Shown here in pieces: positions 54,085-64,000 of a stretch of DNA of 64,000 nucleotides. The number at the start of each line of letters is the position of its first letter. Position 1 is the stretch's first letter. Made by a program: the position numbers and the translations under genes. The notes beneath the pieces are model-generated. The model ran no database searches, had not been told where the DNA came from, and worked only from the letters and a program-made list of their open reading frames with translations. Source of the DNA: Ostrea edulis (taxonomy: Eukaryota); NCBI RefSeq assembly GCF_947568905.1, contig NC_079171.1, positions 15,438,001 through 15,502,000 on the forward strand, in the 5' to 3' direction.

Positions 54085-54412
54085 TTGGCGAGTTGTCCGG
54101 GAGCGGTCGCTACGGGCGTTGTCATGCTAAAGAACCCTCAGTGCTACGGCATTGAGCGCTGTGCATGGGTTTAAATTCCTACGGCTGGCGATGTCTCAAT
54201 TCTCGACGGGTAGTATATCAGAAAAACAATCAACCAACGGTCGGATGAGACGTTAAAGGGTTTCAAGGATCACAACCACCTTAGCACGTCAAAGATCATT
54301 TCTCTGATTTTCGATAAAGTAGGCTCAATTGGAGCCGTCAGGAAAACTAGCTGACCGTCGTGAAATGGCTGATATATTGCCAAAACGGCGTTAAACATCA
54401 AACAATCAAATT
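54085..54412 (+). mobile_element. SINE remnants (V/CORE-domain-like)
   Basis: TAAAGAACCCTCAGTGCT, TCGGATGAGACGTTAAA, GCACGTCAAAGATC and GAAATGGCTGATATATTGCC..CGGCGTTAAACA(TCAAA)n tail. Confidence 0.5.
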
Positions 54413-56589
54413 GAATCTTAAACACGCTCCGTGCTTCTTTCAAATACTAATTTACTAATTGTTTCTCGACATTCACAATCTAAAGATATCTCCAATTAAA
54501 CCTCTAGAATCATCATCAGTGTAGAGTTTATCTTTTTATTAAAAGGATCAAAATCTTTCCCCAAAAAGTGGTGTTACCTGTTAATTAAACATCTGCGTTT
54601 AAATTTTATCTGCAGATATTTTGCTTGTTAGACAGGAAATTTGTTTGAATGAGGCGCTGAAAACTACGTCTCGAGGGACCTTTTTCCGACTGACTTTTTC
54701 TGAGCATGCTGAATATTCGTCAAATACCGTACTGCACTCTTTGTTGCGTTTATGTATAGATATCCTAGTACACACGTTTCAGTTGTCAATACCCTTTTTT
54801 GAATAGTTAACATTATTCTCACATTGGAGGAAATCAAGATAGTTTTCTGAATACCTGTGACTCTGTATTTTAAATCCGCGCTGTTATGCCATCTGTACTG
54901 TAATTAACACCCGTCACCGCACAATTATATCTGAATCAATCTGTCGTTGTCAAATTCAATAGGCTTTCATTGTTATGGGGGAAATGGCATTCCGTACTAC
55001 TGCAATGCAAGAAATTTACTGTTGGGAAAAGAGTACCAATTCATTTCCCATAGACCTCAATGTTAACCTTTGGCCCTCTCACAAATAACTATATCGATTT
55101 TAAACAAATGACCGCAAACATTTCAAAGTTCATTCCAAGTGTTGATAAAAAATGACAAAAAATATATAGGGTCCCGTGCCTTTTATAGGCCATATTTGTA
55201 CTTTTTTTTTTTTTTACAACACATAGCAATCTGCATTAAATTACACACTTCATTTTAAGCACACCCCTACCATGGTAATTTCCTCAGTCATTTCTCGATT
55301 TTGTGCGATAATTTTTCATCCTGACAATTAATTTGAACCTCTATAATATTTCTTTCAATTCCAAATAATTTCACTCTTGATATTAGCCAATCACGCAACA
55401 CCTAGACATTTATACCTCCGCTCAATCTTGGGTAAACTCCGTCCGGGTTACGCATACGGGGGTTTGGTACTCTCATTCCTGTTACCAAAACTGTCTTTCC
55501 ATCCTTCCGTAATAATAATTTGTACAATTTTTATTTCCGGAAATATTTATTTTACTTAGGATATGAATGAGTAGTTTTTGATATTCTGATTTTGTGTGTT
55601 TAGATATGTATTGCTCGTACATGTATATGAAGTGATCCCTCATCGGCACTGTTGACAGATGTGACACGATCATGAGCACAGATACAAGCCATATGAACCT
55701 TGTGTAGGTGAGTCGATCAGTGCACTGTGCCCACTGCACATATATGGCCACGCATGATTTAGGATAAAATGGGGCATGAAATAGAATTTATGCACCTGGA
55801 TTGTTTATTGTTTGAACAGTGACACCTCTTTGTAAAATTTAACAAGTTCTAATTGCATTATCGTTAAATAATAACCTAATTTATTGTTAAAAACTACCAC
55901 CTTGAAGATCTTTAATCGGTACGATACGTTAATTAATTTATTTGTTCAATACATTTAGAATGATATGATTATTCCAGACTTGGATAAGTTTGCAGTCATA
56001 TGACAGCATTGTTTAAAGTGGAAATGGCAGTTACAAATGTAAAATGGGCTTAACAAAGTCTTGCTTCTCCAGCAAGGCGTGTTGTGGAATAAAATCATTG
56101 TACATTTTAGAATGAGGTAAATTTGCTGAGCAAAATGTTTTCTTTATTCCTTTTGTTATGTGTCACAGTTAATGTACCTACGAATCAGAATGCGAATGAA
56201 AATAATTTGACAGTCAATATTCGTTTGGATTGGGAAACATTTAATTTGTTGAATATTTGTCTACATAAAGTTATATATATATATATTTCTTTTAAAATTG
56301 ACATTGCCTTCATCATGCAATAAATATATGTTTGTTGCAAACTAGTTCGATCCGGTTTTCTAGTACAACTTATTTGCAAAATCATTATCAATATGGAATG
56401 TCATCAAGGTCAAAGATTGGCTGTTCCATTTAACGTAACAAATGAGTCAACCTTATGGTATTCTAGATCTTAATTCTAGTTTATATTTTTAAATAATACA
56501 TAAAAATAGAAATATAAACAATAAAATGTATTTCGTTGTTGGTTCATTGGGTGATGAAGGTAACATGCATTGCAGAACATATTTGCATA

Positions 56590-56860
56590 ACCCGCTTGAC
56601 CCTACACTCATGTGAATACCTCCACTCAAAACTGCACTCAGTTGACCCGTCTATCTAGTCATCTTATAATACTTAGATCTATGTCAAGGTGCACCAATTC
56701 CGTTGAAATGCACACTTACTCTTACGCTTCTTGAGCGAGAAATTGTGACCAAATTTGAAAGCCGTGCATGCATCTGTTATGGAAAAAGGTCCGGAAAACG
56801 TGATCGACCTTGGACGGACAGTCAGCCAGACGGATGGACAGCGCTATAACATAATACGCA
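56590..56860 (-). mobile_element. pearl/HINE-like fragment
   Basis: GGACGGACAG..GACGGATGGACAG microsatellite followed by CGCTATAACATAATACG. Confidence 0.45.
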
Positions 56861-57040
56861 TATACATATATATAAAGCACAGAAATAGCAATGAACTCTT
56901 AAATGAACATAACTGCCCTAAGTGAAGAAATATTTAATAGAAAGCACAGAAAATTTCACTTTATTTGGATACCCACTTCTGCCCCTACCCGGGGTTGAAA
57001 TCACGACCTGCGGAACCAAATCTCCTTGCAGCATGCGACC

Positions 57041-57043
<3 letters not shown>

Positions 57044-57090
<47 letters not shown>
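57044..57090. repeat. (TA)n microsatellite
   Basis: Direct observation. Confidence 0.98.
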
Positions 57091-57092
<2 letters not shown>

Positions 57093-58387
57093 CCCACACA
57101 CACACACCTTGTGAAAAAAACCGTCTTGAATATTGAAGGGTAGGTCTACGGTCATTTTCGCTATGCAATGACACTTTTTATTATATTTTTAACAGAACAT
57201 GATCTTGGTCCGCTGGTTTCCATTGTTTACCACCGACGAAAGACGCCTTGAATTACATATACCCAAAGCTGTCTTCTTGATTTAGTAATAGATAACAGGA
57301 AAAAAAAACCTCTTAGGACTACTTATACCGAATCTATTCGTACAACCTATTATACATCTGCAGCAATTATACAATTATAATTTTTTTGTTTACTTAGCAC
57401 GTAGTCATCGCATTTATAAATGTTTTAGCAACCAGTGAGTCACGTGACATAATTGTTATGTATTTAATGTTTACAATAAACAAGGTAGAATATTCTTCTT
57501 CAAACATCTGATGTCTCAAAAACACTAGGGTAGTCAGCATGTTTTAAAAAAACTAGTTTTACCTAGAGTGTAATTGCTGTAATGAGAGCTCATCTGAAAT
57601 AGTTAAGGTAAAAACCACGCTATCCCAAAAAGGTAAGATTTATTTTCCTATGGTGATTTTTTTTAGTATAACATAGAACTAGAATTGATGATATTCCAAT
57701 CACACTGGTTGTTCGTGTAATTGAATCAACTATATAGGCCCACTAACTAAATAAGTTTTTGTAGAGCTACCCGAAAATAAACAACTTTGATGGAATATAT
57801 AATTAGTGTTTACCACCTACATAGAATATTGAATGTGTACCACATAAAGTACCTTTGATAAGGGCTACACAAGTTAACGTTGTAGAGGTATTATTCCTGC
57901 ACCAATAGACAAAAAATATACTTTTGCTCATGGAATAAAGTACTCGTAGTTGTAATGATTTTAACATAGTACAATTAAGATCAGTTGGCTTTATGCTTTT
58001 TTTTGGTTTGATAATACCTTTTTGTAAGAAGCGTGTATCTCATAATTTAAGTGTCCACAATAATTTAATGCAAGAACACCAAATATAGCATATTGGCAAA
58101 TTCAATAATGGGTGTGGCCGATGTAAACATCGATGCATGATTGGCAAGGACGTCTTAAATAAACGATGTTCCAAGAAACCGACTTCGACCTGTGCCTAAG
58201 GAAGTCTAGACCATCATGGCGTTCCATTTCATACAAAACGTGATGGATGGGTTAGATAACAGAGTAAACATGGTCAAGGAATTAGTCATTAAGGGTCGGC
58301 TAAAGTGTAGAGAAGTTGCATGCGTTTCTGCGGGACTGGTGTCTGTTACCGCTGAAGTGTTCTAATAAAGTGTGACGTCTTATACAT

Positions 58388-59030
58388 TTATCAGTCCCCT
58401 ACTGACGAAGTCGAAGGGGACTTTAGGTTTGCGCTCCGTCCGTCCGTCTGTCTGCCTATCCGTCCGTCAGTCCTGCAAATCAGTTTCCCGCACTTTTTCT
58501 TTTTTCTGTTCTTGCAGATATTTATTTCATATTTGGTACATTGCTTTGGCATAACAAATTACAGATCAAGTTCGAATTTGGTTTCGGTCCGTTGATTTTT
58601 CATTGCGTTACGGCTCTTGGACTTAGAAAATTGGCATGAATTATCAGTTTTCCGTACTTTTGTTTGAAGTGCTTGCATGTATTTGGTATATTGCTTTGCC
58701 ATTACAAGATACACATCAAGTTCGAATTTCGGCTCGGTCCGTTGATTTTCACTAAGTTCTGATCCTTGGATTATGGACGATGAATCATCAGTTTTCCGCA
58801 CTTTTTTCTCTGATTTTGCAGATATACATTGCTTTGCCATAACAAGATACAGATCAAGTATGAATTTGGTTTCGGTCCGTTGATATTTTACTACGTTGTG
58901 GCTCTTGGTCTTAGAAAAATAACATGAAATATCAGACATTTCGTTGTTGTTCTTGCAGATATTCATTTCATATTTGGTATATTGCTTTCCCATCACAATT
59001 TACAGATCAAGTTCGAAATTCGTCTTGGTA
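58388..59030 (+). mobile_element. HINE carrying Cg170-like tandem monomers, 3'-truncated
   Basis: Stem-loop GTCCCCT..GACGAAGTCGAAGGGGAC, (GTCC/GTCT)n, then 3-4 diverged monomers with ACAGATCAAGTTCGAATTT..GGTCCGTTGAT.TT. Confidence 0.8.
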
Positions 59031-59039
59031 CGACCGCCG

Positions 59040-61192
59040 CGGTGGGTTCAAGCCCAGTATTCCTACGGTCCGATAGTCCGACGGGCCAGTATTCCGACTG
59101 TCCAATGGGCCGTTATTCCGACGGTCCGATAGTCGGACGGTCCAATAGTCCGATAGTCCGATATGTTGATCATCACCAAACATTTTAATTAATAGAGTTA
59201 AAATTTATTGATGTCAGGCATTATTTTATGGAAAATACCAGAAACCGCCAAAATCGACACGGTCTGATTATATTTCTGACCAAAATCATTCAAGTGTGAA
59301 TTAGATCAGAGAAACCCGGTATTTATGGAAATTAAAACTGCTAACTGATGAAGTACAGGCAAAATATGTAGTAAATGACCCTTACCATTGCAAATAAATT
59401 CAACCAATTTTTTACACGGACGGACAAACATTATCAAGCTTTAAACTCGATTGCTTTGAAATCTGGCCAAAACACATTACTTTTAAAAAAAATAATTATT
59501 GCCTTTCAATGGTTATGTTTAAGTCTCTCCATGTCTTACTCCATGATATGATAAAATTCTTACATCATTTTGAGATCTAACTGACTAGGTCTTTGTGTAT
59601 GAATATGAATTTAGTAGTCAATGAAATTATTATCAAGATAATGAGGCAAATGATATTTTGGTCGATGATGAAAGACTGTTACACGTGTTGTAAGTTCTAA
59701 TCTGTATAATCAATCAAAACAAAATGAATGTTACAATGAGATGTCGCGTACAGAAAGTAAAATAAAAAAACTTGTTCACATTAATGGTATGATTTGGCAA
59801 AAATAACATTCATAATACTTGCAATAACCATGTTTATTTTAAAATTTGCTCTTACTCCAAGGCAACATTGCAGCTCTGTTTGTTTCCATATAAATCATAT
59901 CAGAAAAACATGTTAGGTGTAAAAGATTGTCATTTATTTAAAATGACAAAAATTGTGAGTCCTAAAAATACAGAACGAAATTGACTGGGAGACATACCCG
60001 CATCTTGACTAGAAATACAATATATAAAAGTAATACACAACAGTGTTCTCCCAGGCACAATATTGTTACAAAAACAAATGCGATAAAATACAATATCATG
60101 AATTTTTACTGGAAACAAAAGTGGTGCGTAAAAAAGGCCATGAAAACCTAGGGTTAAAAAAACCCACTTAGGTTTGAAACACCCAGCACGAACCATTTGT
60201 TGGCAAAAAAAAAGGGGGGGGGAGCCTAAAAATCAAACAGCAAACAAAGGCAAAACACAACCCCGGTGTCGTTATCCAGGTGAATCGAGACCTTATAAGA
60301 AGTGACTTAATAGTAGAAGTTGTTACGATAAGGACTGAAATATACCCCAATTAAAAAAAATTACAAATGAAGTATTTTGTGCTGGTAAATATCCCCTCTA
60401 CAAAAAATTTGGAATAAAACTCAAAATATCACTAAGTAAACGATTGAGATTGTAAATTACAGTGCCATGCCATTGAATGGCGTCTATAACGAAGAAAATG
60501 TTTACACTAGTTTATATCAAAGTTATTTTAAGGAAATGCAGCCGAGAAACAACATGTTTATTTCATTCCTAGTAAATTTATAATGTTTATAGCATAAATA
60601 TTAAGATAATGTCAGCTAATACTGTAAATATTTGTATGTTTTTAAGACTTTTTCAGTTTTCCGCTGTAGGACATCATTCTCCCCACTATTACCAGGCCCA
60701 ACTTATCAGAATGTATGTTACTCAAACACATGCCTGTGGTATAAGCTGATCTTTGAAACATAGAAGGAATGCTGTTTTAAAACAACTTTCCATTTCTCTG
60801 ATTTCTTGTAAAAATGAGAATTATAACCAAATTTCCCTTTTTATGCAATTTTTTGCAATATAATCAACAGATACCAGTGACTAACAAATTGATTAAAAAT
60901 GTAACATTATACAAATATTGCTGTTTTTGAGGTCAATACAGTGTTTAAGCCGCCTGAGTAGTACAATATTCACCGAGCCCAAAGGACGAGGTGAATACTG
61001 TACTTCGAAGATGACTAAATCATCGTATTCACTGAAATAAACCAGCAACATTCATTTTTTTAAAATATGATTTAATGATTAAATTATACAAACTCATTAA
61101 GTTTTCCATGTCATCTTACTTGTTGACATACCGGCCCGTCGGAATACCGGACCGTCGGACAATCGGGCCATCGGAATACTGGGCGGTCACCG
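59040..61192. mobile_element. Non-autonomous DNA transposon with repetitive subterminal arrays
   Basis: Left CGGTG..GCCCAGTATTCC..GGTCCGATAGTCCGACGG arrays; right CCGTCGGAATACCGGACCGTCGGAC..GGAATACTGGGCGGTCACCG is their reverse complement. Confidence 0.7.
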
Positions 61193-62316
61193 ACGCGGCC
61201 TATTTATGAGACACTTTACACCGGCCCAGGGTTAAGCCCCGGGACACTGTCAGCAGACAAATTCTGACCTGACATAGTGCCAACGCCACACAAACCGCTA
61301 CGACGATAGAGAATGATGAGAGTGAGAGAAGATTCAATCAAAAGCACGTGGTCGAATCCTACCTCAACTGGGACATTTCTATAATAAGATATAGCCCAGC
61401 AGATTATGTCTATATATGGAAAAATCTTTCAGTTGGTGATGCAAGCATCAAACTTGGTACATATATTAACCAAACATAGTTGAATAAATAAAGCACGTTA
61501 GCCACCCGAAAAATACAATATGGCCGCCATTTTGCAAGATGGCGGCGGCCTACATTAAGATATTGCATATTCCTTCCATTATTGTTTGTTAAAAGTGATC
61601 TGTGTTTTATATTTTCGGAATTCGTGCTTTTTTGTCTTCCAAACATGATGAGAGACAATTGTGAATCGTTACGTAATGAAATACCGGCCATTTTTTCAAA
61701 ATGGCGCCAAAGCATTATATAAGTGTTCAGTTACCAATAATTCGTTTTGTGCTTTTGTTTTTAATTCAGTAAAACACGGCTTATTCATTATTGAGGGAGT
61801 ATTTTATACGGTTTTAATCTTCAATAGATATTTATTTAAAAGAGTGACAGTCGGAGCACAACCAGGGCACTCTGGTGACGTCACTGCTGTGGAACTCAGC
61901 ATGGGGTGCAACATTATCTTGACTAATTTTGTGATGTAAAGTGTCCCAAATGCTACCTTATGAGCCCCTACTATTAAATATCCTTTTATAAAGGTAGTAA
62001 ATAGTATTAGTAAGGTAGCCGCACCTGAATAGACAGGATGTGCCAGCACGGGAGAGCCGAGCCAAGGGTAATGGGGCAATTGTTACCTGGATGGTGTACA
62101 GATCGCACGGGACTTAAATAATGTTGGATGAACGATCGGGCTAGATGTAGGGGTAAATTTACCATGAACCTAGTTGAATCCCAGATTTCAATGTGCTGTG
62201 GATAATTCAAGGTGTTAACAGGATATACCCTCGGCCTTGAACATTGCCAGTTTCTAGATTATAACACGTCAATTGCAATATATACGCTGATACATCTATG
62301 ACCTTTAGTTTGAAAA

Positions 62317-64000
62317 ATGGCAAATGTGAGACCATTGTCATCAAACTTGGAGACAGACTGGAGTAAATGTTGTCTCTGTCAGATTGCTAACGATGAAGGT
62401 CTTAAATCTCCTCCAACCCGTTACGAAACGGACAGAGATAATGATGGGTACGTTATGATTGCAAGAAATATTCCTCTCTTCCATGCGATTCATCAGATGC
62501 CAATCAAACTAAACCCGAATCGGTTAGATCAAGGTGGTGGCATAGAGGAAACACTAAGGCAAAACAATGCTAAATATCATCAAAGCTGTAGACTTTCATT
62601 TAGCAATAGTAAGCTTGAAAGGGCACGCAAACGATCTGCTACAAATATGTCTGATGATGCCCATAGTGCACCTACAAAAAGTAAACGGAGCTCTTTTGAA
62701 GATAAAGTATGTTTCTTGTGTGAAAAAGATGCTCCAAAATCTGAACTTCGTCATGCTATGACGATGGATTTAGACAAGCGATTAAATGAATGTGCCAGAA
62801 ATTTGAACGACGTTAGATTGATGACCAGATTAATTGGTGGGGATATAGTTGCACAGGAACTAAAATATCATCGCTCTTGTCTCACAGACCTTTACAACAG
62901 GGAGAGGGCTCATTTTGCAAGTCAAAGTAGTGCGGAAAAATGGCAACAAGAGAGAAGGAGGCCCATCCTATCGTCTTTTCAGAGCTTCTTGTCTACATTG
63001 TTGAGTCAAAAAAGGTAATGACGGTCCGATGGTTTTTCACTTGGCTGACATTGTGAGCCTCTATAATCAACGTTTGATACAATTGGGAATAGAAGCGCCA
63101 AGTATAAATTCCACGAGACTTAAAGACAAGTTGTTGGAAGAGATCTCTGGACTAGAAGCTCACAAGAAAGGTAGGAAGATGTTATTAGCCTACAAGGAAG
63201 ACGTCGGCGAAGCATTATCACAGGCGATGGACTATTCGGAAGCACTGATAGTAGCGAACGCAGCAAAGATATTGCGTAAACGTATGCTAGAACATAAAAT
63301 GCCCTTTCAAGGATCTTTCCATGACAGTTGTATTGAAGATTCAATGCCATCTCTTCTTGTACAGTTTGTTTGCATGATTGAGCATGGTGCTGATATAAAA
63401 CTCAGCTAAGATTTGGTGCTTCGAAAACGGACTTAGCAATGGCACAGCTGCTTCAGTACAACTGTTACGCAAAAAACAGAGAAGAGTAAAAAACTTTCAG
63501 GCATTCTAAAGACCGTGAGACGCCATTTCCTGTATTTATCGGTATGTCAACTTATTCAAAAACCAGGAAAAAGATATTAGTTGAAATGCTTCATGATCAC
63601 GGTCTTAGCGTCTCTTATGATAGGGTGCTTGAAATATCTGCTCAACTAGGCGATGCAGCGGTCTCCCAATTCTATACGGAAGGTGTTGTTTGTCCATCAA
63701 ATCTTAGAAAGAATATTTTCACTACTGCTGCTATGGATGATATTGACAACAATCCATCTTCAACGTCTGCATCAACATCATGTCATGGAACTAGTATATC
63801 CATCTTTCAGCATCCAACATCGGATAACAAAGGTGAGGTGCGGGAGAAATTACCAGTAAATTCGAAAGCTAAAAAGGTTCCAGAACTACCGGACTCATTT
63901 ACCAACATACAACCAGCTTTTTTCTCTGATAAACAGCCTAAGCCTTCGAGAGTGGATAGTCCTGTCTCAGTTCCAACTTTACAGCTTCAGCCAGAATATG
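62317..64000 (+). pseudogene. Large DNA-transposon-type protein, frameshifted, 3'-partial, superfamily uncertain
   Basis: DWSKCCLCQ, AKYHQSCRL, CFLCE, GDIVAQELKYHRSCLTDLYNRER, STRLKDKLL, HGLSVSYDRVLEISAQLG, TTAAMDDIDNNPSSTS..HGTSISIFQHP across at least three frameshifts. Confidence 0.65.

Noticed and set aside
55600-55760. Possible host exon ending AG|GTGAGT
   Set aside because: Stops or no recognisable motif in all frames and no partner exons found.

Overview
AT-rich eukaryotic DNA, most likely from an oyster or related bivalve (inferred from Cg170-like/Helentron-associated repeats and other repeat families typical of ostreids). I find no convincing host gene. The window is a dense, nested transposon landscape. 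(1) 1-886 (-): a Tx1/L1-type ORF1 protein (RRM-like region plus two zinc knuckles) fused in frame to a NADAR/YbiA-like domain; it runs off the window edge and is missing from the supplied ORF track. This is the most unusual feature. (2) 13.5-16.4 kb: 3' half of a Gypsy element with LTR, PPT and an extra two-C2H2-finger ORF after the integrase. (3) 16741-37348: an ISL2EU-type element (spliced THAP-HTH-DDE transposase plus convergent SWIM-YqaJ exonuclease gene) inflated to 20.6 kb by nested insertions: an apparently intact Kolobok (transposase plus P2RX7-tail-like KolX gene), a piggyBac relic and MITEs. (4) A 14-copy 170-bp satellite beside a Crypton-like tyrosine recombinase relic. (5) 42697-50420: a DDE-SWIM PHIS-type element inserted without TSD at AAA^TTT inside a LINE. 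(6) Many LINE, SINE, Penelope, MITE and HINE fragments, and a frameshifted large transposase-like gene at the right edge. All family assignments come from manual motif recognition, not database searches.
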